Below, in pieces: positions 33,555 through 54,600 of a stretch of 64,000 nucleotides of DNA. The stretch's first letter is position 1, and each line of letters starts with the position of its first letter. Below the pieces are notes generated by a model. The model saw only the letters and a program-made list of their open reading frames with translations. It did not search any database and was not told where the DNA came from. This DNA comes from Tubiluchus corallicola (Eukaryota; Animalia; Priapulida): the NCBI GenBank assembly GCA_030141605.1, contig JAQGDQ010000071.1:413605-477604 (forward strand), written 5' to 3'. The position numbers were made by a program, and so were the translations under genes.

Positions 33555-36500
33555 TCCTATTATACATATATATAATGTAAACATATATATATGTATACAT
33601 TATATATATGTATGTATACATATATAATGCTCATCTGCGCTCTCGTACAAACTCACAAAGGGAATTTGAATCTTGTTAAAAGGACATAGGTATAGCCAAC
33701 AAGGAAGACATTTTCTTATAGGACAGTGTTGAAGACAAATCTCCAACAAATCAAGCCAACATATCAAAAAGTGTTTTATGTCTATATAATGCTCGCCTTG
33801 GCTCTCATTCGAAAACACAAAGGGAGTTTCAATCTTGCCAGAGGGACACGGGTATAGCCCACTAGAAAGGCATTTTTATAGGACAGGCAATCACAAATTC
33901 CTGAAAGGTAGTTAGTCATGTAACTGAACTTGATCACCGTCAGTAAAAATAATACCACAATATAGAATAGTTATTTAGTCCATTAGCAATTTAACTAAAT
34001 AATGTCACAATGCTACCAAATCGTACACACTTTTAATTTTGCAGTTATGCACATGCAGCATGAACAGAAGTAAAATCAAACAGTGCTCTTCTGAGACGTC
34101 CCATTATCGTAATCATAAATAAGACAATGTGCCTTATCTCTACCTTACAGCTAACAAAGGTCCTGTGAAAAACGAAAACTTCTGTGTCTTAATGGGCCCT
34201 TTGTATTCTTTGCGATTTGAATGTGAGTCTTTGAATGTAAGTAAGACTCTGTTTATGTTTCCAAAGATCCTGAATACGTTCTACCACTTTCAGTAGTATG
34301 GAAATTATCGGCCTAAAACCGCTTGCAAATAGGCCTAATCAATGAAAGTTCTAATGCAACATGCAGGTTTGTAAAAACGGCTTTTGCAGCTTCAATAAAA
34401 ACCATTAACGGTAACTGCAAAATGAAATGAAGAATCATTTTAAAATCAGTTCAAAAGAAGACAAAACGAACTTACTAGTATCAGCAGAGTATTAAGAGAA
34501 AAACATGTGCAAGTCCTATTATGGCGCACTAGAGTTTTATAAAATAGTTTTGTTTGTTTAGGTCGACGTGTCTGTCTTGGTGAAGCTTTGGCAAGAATGG
34601 AGCTGTTTTTATACTTCACGAGCATACTGCAAAACTTTGACATTCAGCTACCCCCTGGTGCTCCTAAACCGAGCTTAGAACCACATTTTGGTTTCCTAGT
34701 GTCAGCTCCCGAACCTTATAAGATTCAAATGAATGTTCGTTAATCAACATTAATAAGATAGAATATAGCTGTACGTGAATAGAGAGAAAAATTACTTTAA
34801 AAAGAGTTGTTTTTTTTTGCTAAGTGCTGTCAGAAAAGTTTTAGTGTTAAAGAATTGTAAATTTAAAAAAATATTTAAGTAACGTTTTTTTGTGATTAGG
34901 TTTAAAACAGAAATAGTTTAAGTAAACATTTTCAGCATGAGAAAGCTGGTTGCAAACTAGATTTTACATGTTGGCAGTACTTGATGGCTTAAACTTGCTT
35001 TAACGTGAAATATAGATAATTACTCGATCTATCATCGTGAATTTTGTAATTTCTTTTGTTTACATGTGTCCAGTAGCCAATATTCAATAACTACTTGTGT
35101 GTTTTGCCTGAAAAACAAGCATCATAGAAATTCCGTTGCCTTACATTTGGTGAGGTATCACAGATTCAGCAGAATAAGATTTGCGCGTTAACATTTTCAT
35201 TTCATTTTTTTATTTGAAACCTCTTGGCACCAGTGAATTATAGTAGTTACCACTATATTACTTCAGAAGGCAGACGATAAAACACTTATAAAAATAAGGT
35301 TAGACGTTAGTAACGTCAAATCATATTTATTTGATTTTTTTCTTGTGCCATACAGATTGAAAATTTGTTTGTTTGTTGTTTTTTGTCTGTTATTTGTTTT
35401 TCGTGCATTGATTCGTTTGTTTGTGTGCTGATTCGCTTACTTGCGTACCTGTTTATTCGTGTTTCTGCTAGTTTTCTCTCATTTTTTAAAATTATTTTCT
35501 TAATGACATTTTTATTTAGACTACAACAGTGGCTGATTTAGGGGGTGTGCTCAAGGGGCCTGGGCCCTCCCTTTCACAGTAACAGTTACAACACACCAAA
35601 TGAATATTTTCTCTGAATTATACGCATTACAACGATTTCCTAAATCCTAAAGATGCCTTATATCTGTAAAACTCATGTATCACCAGAAAACAAATGTAAA
35701 TGATTGTACATTCATGTATGCTGTATAATGTTTATCAATATATTGGCATGTAATCTTAAATCAAAGGTGAAATGAAACCTGTTCTAAACTAGTGAGCGTC
35801 CTTGAAGAAATGGCTTTTAGAAGGCAGAAAAGTGGTCGAAATGCAGTAAAATGTGTTGTTGTCCGGGTGGACCTCGTTGGGGAGCTTACACCGCTCCCCC
35901 AACCCCCGTAAGTGCTTTTCTGTTGGACTCACCGTTGTTCTAAAACCTGTATCCGCCCCTATATTACATAAGCGGCTATAACTAATACGGGAACAGAGAA
36001 ATAGAAGCATTTGAAAACATAATTATATATCCGTTAGTTATATACATTTGTAGATCCTTTTAAACTATGTCTTGTTAATTGCTATACTACAAACGCTTGT
36101 TTTTTTTCTGTATTTAAAAATAAAATTGTCATAAAACGGAATGTTGCAGTTGGTTACACTTATTTAATGTGAGCAGTGTGCTGTGTTGCGGGGAAAAGCA
36201 ATGCATACTACTACTGTTGTTTCCAAAATATTTAAAAGACAAGAAAAAGGGTACCTGATGTAGGTTTCAGAAAAATCGCCTTAAAAATTATACTACTTTA
36301 CAGCAATTATATGTGTACATAGTGCTTGCGTTGAAAGGAATTTTTGTTTGTTTTCATTTTAAATCTTCTGCAATACTGTTCTGACGGCGCCATTACATGA
36401 CGTCACTACGACACGAAAATCAGGGGAAGAAAAGGCATTGCTAAATTATTTCCAAAAAAATATTCCATGCATATCCATATTACTTACCATTTCGCTTAAC

Positions 36501-37119
36501 TGCTGGAAAGACTTATGTAACTAGAAATAACAATTTAAAATATTCGTGCCAATTGGTAAAATGTCGCTGAGTCACCCTTCAGGGTGCGCCACTCAGTAAC
36601 CAAAATGGTATTTCTAATCTTATTGACAAGATACAGTAATTTAAAATTTTACTTAGTTAGTAACATGTATGCTAGGATGCTCTGATTATTTTTTCAAAAA
36701 TTACTCAGTGTTATCTATGCTAGGATGCTCTGATTATTTTTTCAAACTTTGCTCAGTGTTATCTAAACTTGTTTCAAACGACCTACCATCAAAATGGCTG
36801 CCCCTAATGGTCATCGCGGGAGTAAATTTACACACTTTATTCAGCGTTACAGCCGACGCAAACGACGATGCCGACTGCATGCAAAAAGACAGTGTGTAAA
36901 TGGTATAAATTTCAAGACGAATTTTTTAAGCTTTATGTAAGTGGAGGTTTTTCTTGTGCTTTAAAAATTTACTTTTAAAATAATCTACAACCTCCTTGCA
37001 TGAACGTAGTTTCTTCTTGCAAATCTCTGTCTCATTTCCATCCTAGTGACCCATCAACTTATACCGGCCAATAATTAATATTACACTCGAGGGTTAGCAA
37101 CCAGGAAGAGATTGTCAGA

Positions 37120-37930
37120 GTGCACTTAAATGTATCCAAGGTTTTTGATTGATTTCAACATGACGGTTTTTTTTCAAATTACATGCAGCCCATTATTAGA
37201 TTGGCTAAAATAAAATAATATTTAGAGAGCTGTCATCAAAGTGTTGTCATTAAGGGATCTGAATGCCTCAGAAAGGATTCACGTAGAGGCGGGAGTCTCC
37301 AAGGATAGATTCTACGCCCACTGTTGTTTTGGTGTTCATTAATGACACATCTGCAAACTTGGAGAATACTCTTCGTTGTTTACATACTTTTTTCTAACTC
37401 TCTCTCTTTTTTGTCCCCTGAAAAATATTAGCCTTGCAGTTGAAATCCTAAACTGTGACATTACTAAAATTCAAAACTTGGTATTCAAAGTGGTTAATAA
37501 CAATGATGGTTCAAAAGTAGTTCAGTAAAATGCTGGAGGTATAATACTTTTTTCGTAATGCTGAAAATGAAGTAATGAATTGTATTTTCGACTATTAACA
37601 CAGTGGCTTGCTCAGTGCTGTGTTATCTCCCGGAAACTCTATATCGAAGACAAAACCGACTGCAATTCTTTTAACACGTTAGTCTATTCAGGTATGTTAA
37701 TTTAGTCTTTTTATTTTATTTAATTAGCTTTTATTCTGGGAAGACTTATTGCATAGTGATTGGTTTTTCTTTCTATTCAGTCGTGGTAATTTTTTATAGC
37801 TTGTTATATTTTAAATCAATGATGTTTTGCTTTTCATTTTCTTTTTTTCACTCTGGTGACCTACTGCCTTAACATTTTATCTGTAATATTCATCTGATGA
37901 GGCCGTTAGGACGAAAACTCCTGAAATAAA
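37120..37930 (+). mobile_element. Highly decayed LINE RT relic with hammerhead-like 3' motif
   Basis: Remnants resembling SK(V)FD and GVPQGSILGPLLF..IND; CTGATGAGGCCGTTAGGACGAAA at 37894-37916. Confidence 0.45.
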
Positions 37931-38451
37931 TAAGTAATCTATTGTGAGATTATAAAGTGCATTCAACGTTTTATTCAGGCTAAAGATGGCAAGCCTCATG
38001 CGCATTTTTTTCACATTTTAGATGATTTAAAAAATTTGGCGCACGTTATTCCAAAACCGGTAGCCCTTAAAACAGCGCCCTCTTGCCCACGTATAAAACA
38101 AGTCTAGCATGACCTTGTACTTCAGTAGTCCACTCATAAGTGAGCTTAAAAATAGGTTTATTTCCGAATTTGCGAGTGCCGTTGCGCTCAGTTAAAGCTT
38201 GCTTGTGAGTCTTGTACATAACAGGCAGTACTGCTTAGCAATAAACAGTCAAATCTCGATATTAGCGTTGATTACATCATTTAAATGTGTTGATTTACAT
38301 CTACAAACGTTATATTGTAGACACGTGTATAAAAAACACGTCTTCAAAATTAGTGCGACGCTTTCAAATATCCCAAGCGGCCAAGGCAGTGAAATCTATT
38401 TTTAAAAAAATTGCAGTCTGTTGTGTTTAATGCAGCAACATCGACATTAGC

Positions 38452-46484
<8,033 letters not shown>

Positions 46485-47431
46485 AGTGTCGAACACCCAC
46501 AAGTACAAGAGTTTCATATGAAAATCTGCATGATTGTTCATGCAACGTAGGGTCAAGCGGTAAGGGGCTAGGCGCCTAGAGGAGAAGTTTCAGATGCAAA
46601 AGCAGGAACTTTTGCCATGGGAGGAATTCGGTCAGACGAAGAACTCTAATCTGGGGGGAAATGTATTCTATGCACTGTGTATACACCTATACTTAACCAA
46701 ATGAACTGCTGCTAATATACACAAGTTAGTAAGCTGCGTGCAGACGAAAGTTAGAATTAAAACACATTGAAGTTTTGTGAAGATTTAATTAACTATCATC
46801 TTTTTCTATTAATGCACTTAAACATTGAAGTTTTGTGATGATTCAATTAACTATCATCTTTTTTCTATTAATGCACTTAAAAAGAGGAGCTTTAAACTTG
46901 TAATTCTTTAGCAACTCATTTGGACATTAAATCATGTACATGTTTTATGACGAATTAAAATACTGATTTCGTTTTTCATTTGATTTAACTAATTCAAGAT
47001 TAAAGTTGTTTTAATAATTAAAGTGCAGAGGCAGAAAAATTAATGGAGTAAATTTAGGAAACCAGGAATCGCAAAGGTTGGCATGCGAATCAGAGCTCCG
47101 AGCGTCATTGGCTGGGGAATTGAACAAATACAGATGTTTCCAGAGCAAGGGTATACCTTGTTTTAGTCCTTTATTTCAAATACACGTTTTACGTAGCTTG
47201 ATAGATATCCAACTCTAGAATGTAAATAAATAATAGACAGCAAATCATGTGTTCCAGTAAAAATGACAAAGAAAAATTATTAAAACACGGAAGACTACAA
47301 TGAAATTATATTTGTTGTAGTTTTAATTATTATATATATATATAATTGTTATAATATATATATATATATAAATATTAGAAACCTAAATAATTACTGTTTA
47401 AATATAAATAAAAATAAAACGATGGGATGCT

Positions 47432-48734
47432 TTATCCTTTGATCTGAGGTCTGACAACTGTATAATTCTCGTCAACGCAACACGCCTTGCAAGTATCACA
47501 AGCCCTGGAATAAGAAAAAAAACCGTCTAATTATTATTAATAAAATTGGATACTTTTAAACTGTTGATGTGTATCGATATTTTTATCATTTAACCGTTAC
47601 ATAGGATAAATGGTTGGGGCTTTCTGACAGTCTATTGTGGCTTTTTGACAATCTATTGTGGCTTTCTGACAATCTATATTTAGAGGTCATCTGATGCAAC
47701 CGTAACCTGCAAAATTACAACCGTTAAAACAAAAAACCAAACAAACACAAAAACAAACAAATAAACAAACAGCAGACACAAACACACAAATAAACAAACA
47801 GACAAACAAGCAAGCAAACAGCTAAAACAAAAGCCAAATTCCCATGCAGAGATTAAAAAGTCCTATTCAAAGTCCTATTCAATTTATTGTACTTACGATT
47901 TGATACTTACACACATTTCTCATGATATCCACACTGCTTAATTCTGGGATCGCATGGCCACACAAAACAGTAATACGTAACTGGAGCCCAACAACCTGTA
48001 ACCAAGAAAACTCCTTTTACGAGTGTCGTGGTGGCTGTCTCTCTGCCGGAGTGCACCACCATAATGGACGTTCTCTATTACTTAATAAACATTTCCGAAA
48101 TTTAACAACAATTACGACGTATCTGAACTGAAAACGTAGGTGGAAGTTCAAAACAAACAAGCGTAGGAGCGATTAGATGTAAGTAACCTCTTGCAAAAGT
48201 AATTCACCATTTGTTTTGATCCCGTTAATAGTAAGTGCATTTAATCTAGACAACGGAATTCTAATTTATCACTGTAACAACTTGAAAGAACAGTACTCAC
48301 CGCTTAGGAGACATTCATTTTCTGGTGGATGTTTCAATTTATCAAAAAAACTTGCAGCTGTCACTTCTAAATTAAAAAACACCAAACCGTATTACTGTAA
48401 GTTATGTACGTCTATACTGTACGGTACTTGTCAAAAAACTTTCAGTTGTCACTTGTAAATTAAAACTACCATACCGTATTACTGTAAGTTATGTATGTCT
48501 ATACTGTACGGTACTTGTCAAAAAACTTTTCGTTGTCACTTCTAAATTAAAAAAACACCAAAGAGTATTACTCTAAGTTATTCTTAACAAGTCTATAGAT
48601 ACTGTACGTATAGAACATAGATTCGTATAGAATACTATGATTTCAAATTATAATAATGCAAACTTACCGTATCCTAAGTTAGCAACTAGCCCCACAAAAA
48701 CACAAACCATGAAAATTGTCTTTGACGAATCCAT
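47432..48734 (-). CDS. Small secreted cysteine-rich peptide, 96 aa, 4 exons (not in the ORF track)
   Basis: Exons 48734-48668, 48366-48301, 47995-47911 and 47504-47432; donors GTAAGT/GTGAGT/GTAAGT; phases 1,1,2 all consistent. Translation MDSSKTIFMVCVFVGLVANLGYEVTAASFFDKLKHPPENECLLSGCWAPVTYYCFVWPCDPRIKQCGYHEKCVACDTCKACCVDENYTVVRPQIKG*. Confidence 0.8.
48342..48580. repeat. ~88-bp tandem repeat x~2.7 overlapping the exon 2 acceptor of the Cys-rich peptide gene
   Basis: Units start at about 48342, 48431 and 48518. Confidence 0.85.
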
Positions 48735-49209
48735 TTCAAAATGTCTTGCAACGTTGTTGGCGTATAAATGTTTCTTAATTCAATTTCTGAAATTCAGTGT
48801 CTTTATGAATTCATTTACGACTGTACGTTGAGGTAACATACGTCCTGCAGTCTTGCTTCGACAGTAAACTATCGCATTAAATGTTCAAGGGTATGAGGGC
48901 TGTATATATACGTAATTCATACAAGACTCGTGCTCACAAACAACAACATACAATAGTTTGTGGAACAGGATGCTGGTGTTTCCTTTTAGCTATTTAACTA
49001 CTCACGACTACATGTAGTGTAATAACTGATCCGTGTAGCTTCTGAGAGCTCAAAAAGTTGTTACGTACGTAGCCTTTCTGCATCACAATTTTCTTAAGTA
49101 TAGACCTACATTTATTAGAAACGAAAATACTTCGCTCAGACGGAAACTTGTAAACACAAAACATCACAGACATTTTAATAGTCCAGCAGGGAACATCTCT
49201 TTGTTCATT

Positions 49210-49550
49210 GCCATCACCACTACATTCACTAACAGCATCACCATCACCATCATCGTCGTCGTCATCATCAACAACGACAACGACAACAGCAGCAGTAACA
49301 ACAACAATAACATCATCGTGGTCATCAGCATCATCATCATCATCAACGACAACGACAATAACAACAACAGCAGCAGCAACAACAATAACAATAACATCGT
49401 CGTGGTCATCAGCATCATCATCATCATCCTCACCATCATCATCAACGACAACAACAACAACAGCAGCAGCAGCAGCAGCAACAACAACAACAATAACCTC
49501 GTCGTGGTCATCAGCATCATCATCATCATCATGATTGACGATAACAACAG
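49210..49550. repeat. Compound (CAT)/(CAA)/(CAG) trinucleotide array
   Basis: Low-complexity with higher-order repetition. Confidence 0.9.
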
Positions 49551-50195
49551 GTACATTCGTGGGCATTGCTTAAGGTACTATGAGGCCAACCCTTATGTAC
49601 ATAAATGATAAAAAACCATCAAACATAATTATTAGAATCTATAGTTTAACGAGTGATTATTATTTTTCTAAAACGTCACGGATATTAACATTCTGTACAG
49701 GAAAACAATCAAAGCTATACATAACAAAACTAATTCCTCATAATCAGGCTGACTTGAGCCAGTAATATAGCAAATTATGTTCAAAAAACACAGTGAAATT
49801 GTCAACGAATTACAGATTATTTAATACATGATACTTAATCAATAGATAATTAACGTTTAATAAAATTAATTTACTGTCAGTAATTGTCAAAGAGTTTCGT
49901 TCACCAACTTAAGAAAACGAAACAAACACTGCACAAACCGTTTAAACAAATTAAACTGCATACAGTTTTTCGCTGTTCAGAAACTGAGGTTTACATTACC
50001 AAAATTATTATGCTTAATGAATGAATAGTTTAATAATACTTGTTAATGAAGTATAGAGTTACCATAATAAAAAGTCATCAATCATCGAAAAACATGCTTT
50101 CAACGATTGTTGGCCATCTTTATTACACTAAACTGCGTTCAAAATCAAGTAGTCGAATATTTTAACCACTTATCGTGAATCCACTTTGTTGCGTA

Positions 50196-50597
50196 CAGGG
50201 GCGTATCAATACTTTACAGCGTCCTAGGCTGATTATTCTGTCTGGTCCATTTCTATTGCGAACTTATATAATGAGCACGATAAACAATTACTTGTGGTGT
50301 ATTAGAAACACTATTAACCTAGTTTTACGTGGTCATTATTATTAACATGTATTTGCACAGCGCAGGCTGCGCAACTGCTTTTTGTGTAATACCTTGCACC
50401 TGTTCGTTATGTGGCACTTATATAAAAGTTGCTCTCACTAATATAAAATGATGTATTAGAAAATGCGCCCTTTACATGAATATGAAAGTACACACATTTT
50501 CCAAGTAAAATAAGAATTTTTTCTAAAACGTGACGCTCTTCGGACCTTTGGCGCCCTAGGCTTTAGCCTAGTTAGCCTATTTGTTAATACGCCCATT
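50196..50597. mobile_element. Old hAT-like MITE
   Basis: CAGGGGCGTAT ... ATACGCCC termini, CCTAGGC subterminal motifs, degenerate 8-bp flanks (5/8 identical). Confidence 0.5.
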
Positions 50598-50841
50598 ATT
50601 GTATACAATGTCTGCGAGCAAACAAGAAAAGAACATTACGTTAAAATTGCAACCCAACATAAATCATCACAATTATTTTGCAACGTGAAAGACCTGCCTA
50701 CTACACAAATACAAACTTTATCGTGAACTACATAAGTTATCAAAGCACGCAAGAAAAGCCTGCCACATTGATTCGGAATTCAAGAGATGATTTCGTCTTA
50801 AATGAATTCTACAAAATTTATAATGTAATATTCTCTCAAGT

Positions 50842-51465
50842 ATGGGCCATAATCGTAATGACATAGTAGCTAAAACTCTGATCAATACATATTGTCTACC
50901 CAATGTCTACCATACATATTTGTTATACGGATGCGAAATTGGGGGTATATCAGACAATGAAGTTAATGCCATTAGGGTAAAATGGAACACTGCTTATAGA
51001 AAAATATTCGATTTTAGACAAAATGAAAGCGTCAAATTGTTAATGTATTTTTGTGGCGCATTGCCTGCGAGTTATTTAGTAGATAGTCGAAAATTAAACT
51101 TTGTGAGAAAAATTGTAAACTCCTGCACATTGAGAATTCCAAAGCCATGCTACTATGTAAATAACAGTCAAGTAACTTTAAGATTTAAACATGGTTGTAC
51201 TGTAGCTCTAAATCCTAAACGAAAATGTAAAATTAAAGGTTAAGAACTCATTTAAAGATTATGTTTTAAGATATCTATTATAGCTCCTTACAACACTGTA
51301 TAATGTAATATAATTACAAGGGAACTACAATGTGTGGTTATTATAAAGTTGAATGTCTGTAGATATGTTATTTTACTAATATCGCATTACCTGTTTTACT
51401 AACATTTTTATCTTTGTGAGCTGTATATTTTTTATACGAAATAAACTCATAATAACAATAATAAT
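50842..51465 (+). mobile_element. LINE ORF2 C-terminal relic with 3' tail
   Basis: YCLP...LLYGCE...V.WNTAYRKIF motif typical of LINE ORF2 ends; AATAAA at ~51440 then a (TAA)n-like tail. Confidence 0.65.
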
Positions 51466-51666
51466 TGTAAGTTTCTGTGAAATAATAGTTAAGTTGAAAA
51501 GAATTTGGCAGTAGCTATTCACACACTTGCGGGGCAGGCGGGGCAGAGGACACAATCGATTACAGTGCCATGCCCACAGTGGCTATTTTGGATGGCATCA
51601 AGAAAACTTAACACACAGTATTATAAGACATAATAATATTTACATTTCAGACTTGCACTGGCATTA

Positions 51667-54600
51667 TCATGCCACGCAAGTTAGTTTATCAACAGTTTCA
51701 CGACATTCTTCACATTTTACTTCGCAACACCATTCGAATTTACAATTGCAGCTTGTAAACAGTTGCAGGGTCTGTCGGCGAACTTTCAAACCGCAGTTTT
51801 TACACAAGGTTTTACAGCTTCGTCTCTCTGATTGTGAAATTTCTTTTCCCTTTCGTTTAGAGCAAAGCCTGCCCGCTGTTCCAACATGTCCTGTAATTCA
51901 TTGAAAGCCACATAAATTTGTATTGTGAACTGATACACATTTGTCTTAAAAAAACCCAAGAATGCAGCGACAATAAGATCAAGATTAAGCTTATAGTTAT
52001 GAGAACTTTTTTACCTATTCTAAATTTGACAGTACATGTTTACGTCATGATACTTTTATTAATTTAGCAAACTGATAAATGTGCATCAGCGCTTGGTATT
52101 AAAAATAAAATTTATTATGTGAAGAAAGACTTTGTTCATCTAACTGGGCACCAAGTCAAAGGATGTAATAATCATTATGCTATATATGGGTCGCAGAAAC
52201 AGAGGCTTAAAAGTTTAGCACCAAAACGCCAAAAGATTGAGTTCAACTAACGAAACGGTTAAACATCTCGCATAAAAAAGCTAAACAAGAAACTTCATGA
52301 CCCATTTGTTACTGTCAATGAAAAATGATAGGAATGCTTACAGAAAGCCGCGATTTTGTTTCAATATAAATATATGCATAACCTGTATTCTGAGGATTAC
52401 CCACATATCACAATACCGAAAGTAAAGTAAAGTAAAGTAAAGTAAAGTAAAGTAAAGTAAAGTAAAGTAAAGTAAAGTAAAGTAAAGTAAAGTAAAGTAA
52501 AGTAAAGTAAAGTAAAGTAAAGTAAAGTAAAGTAAAGTAAAGTAAAGTAAAGTAAAGTAAAGTAAAGTAAAGTAAAGTAAAGTAAAGTAAAGTAAAGTAA
52601 AGTAAAGTAAAGTAAAGTAAAGTAAAGTAAAGTAAAGTAAAGTAAAGTAAAGTAAAACAAAGTAAGGTAAAGCAAAGCAAAGTAAAGTAAGGCAAAGTAA
52701 AGTAAAGTAAAGTAAAGTAAAGTAAAGTACAGTAAAGTAAAGTAAAGTAAAGTAAAGTAAAGTAAAGTAAAGTAAAGTAAAGTAAAGTAAAGTAAAGTAA
52801 AGTAAAGTAAAGTAAAGTAAAGTAAAGTAAAGTAAAGTAAAGTAAAGTAAAGTAAAGTAAAAGTAAAGTAAAGTAAAGTAAAGTAAAGTAAAGTAAAGTA
52901 AAGTAAAGTAAAGTAAAGTAAAGTAAAGTAAAGTAAAGTAAAGTAAAGTAAAGTAAAGTAAAGTAAAGTAAAGTAAATTAATGTAAAGCAAAGCAAAGAA
53001 AAGCAAAGTAAAGTAAAGCAAAGCAAAGTAAAGTAACACAAAGTAAAGCAAAGCAAAGCAAAATACGGCAAAGTGAAGTAAAGAAAAGTAAATTAACTTT
53101 AAGCAAAATATGGCAAAGTAAAGTAAAGTAAAAATAATGCAAAACAAAGTAAAGCTAAGTATATTGTAAAGTTGTAAAGTTGAGTAAGGTAAGGTAAAGT
53201 TAGACAAAGAAAAATAAATTAAACATCGTACCGGACTTCATACCTTCTGTAATATTAGCTTTGCAATAGTCATGGGATGGTTCCAAATAGACGAGACTCC
53301 TCCTTTTTAGGGAAGGTATTTCTTCAATACGTCCTGTATTCATCAATTTCAATTCGCCGTTTTTATAGTCAACTTTCACCGCTTTCCAGTATCTCTTCTT
53401 CAAGTAATCGCCAACTTTCCGGAAATCGGACAACTGCAGCCAACATGTTTGCGTCGAACAACTTCCGGATACGCCGTGGCACTTGCAGGTTCGTTTTAGA
53501 GTATGGCGGACCGCCTGATAACAACAAATTTTGCTCTTTAATCTTGACCATAATCAATGCAAACAAATATTCTAGTAGACGTAAGTTAAAACATACTGCA
53601 AGAGCAATCTGTATTTCAATTTAGAGATAGCATGTACTTCTACGACCTTCGACACGTGATCAATTGTTTCTTTGGCTGTTGCTGCATTTGGCCGTTAGGC
53701 AACTTTTGCAATCGAGTTTTCTAGTTATTCAGTTTTGTAACAAATAAAAATAAAATTCAACAACAAACAACTTAAAAAATAAATTCAAGCCAGAAATTCA
53801 AAAAATATTATATTTATTAATCAAAGAGGCGTCACTTTAAAATACCTCATCTTTCTTACCAGTAGATAGCACCACGTTATGCATATTACGCTATTACTAG
53901 CGCTGTTTACGTGGTAGAGTCCCCATCTACTAAAATCAGTGTTAAACTAAAAAAGTTAGTACGCCTTTAATTTCAATTATTCATAATTTCTATTATTACA
54001 CTTTGCGTTAAGTAGTGAAAATATTCAATTGTGCTTTACTATGTTAATATAAATAAAGGTGTTAAGTGAACTTACTGCTCTCCCTGCTTTATTATTGTGC
54101 AGATTCATCAAAGCTGTTGCATCTTTCCCAGTTTCCAAAGCGTCTACGAACTGCTTACTTATTTGCTCTCCAAATTTGACATTGTCACTGCACCCACCCC
54201 AAGTCCAGCCCGGAGCTGCTATAACAAAACAAAACACAAAGATGGCAGAAACAAAGTATTAAGAAACAAACTGCGAAGATATTTGACAGGTAGAATTTTC
54301 CATAGATGTAATTTCTAGGTGTCAACTAAACTAAACTAAACTAAACTAAACTAAACTAAACTAAACTAAACTAAACTAAACTAAACTAAACTAAACTAAA
54401 CTAAACTAAACTAAACTAAACTAAACTAAACTAAACTAAACTAAACTAAACTAAACTAAACTAAACTATACTATACTAAATATGGAACTATATAATAAAA
54501 CGCCTTTCAGAGCAAAAATGATCAGTCACGATGTGTTAATACCAAGAGACATCTATATCATACACCTATTCCGAGATTTCAAAGACTATTCACTTCAGTT

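Larger units (their letters stand above)
27380..34743 (+). pseudogene. Cytochrome P450 gene B, clan 2 (CYP2-like); exon 3 truncated, probable recent pseudogene or null allele
   Basis: Intact exons 27380-27713, 28746-29100, 32368-32592, 32870-33085 and 34562-34743 (AGTETT, EIQR, FRPERH, FSVGRRVCLG). Exon 3 starts at 30920, loses homology after YNPDD (~31010) and reaches TAA at 31026-31028 with no phase-1 donor. Confidence 0.8.

Noticed and set aside
35527-35961. Possible hAT MITE
   Set aside because: Termini are only loosely complementary and the flanks do not form a TSD.
47030-47220. Open stretch resembling an exon downstream of CYP C
   Set aside because: No recognisable motif, start codon or partner exons.
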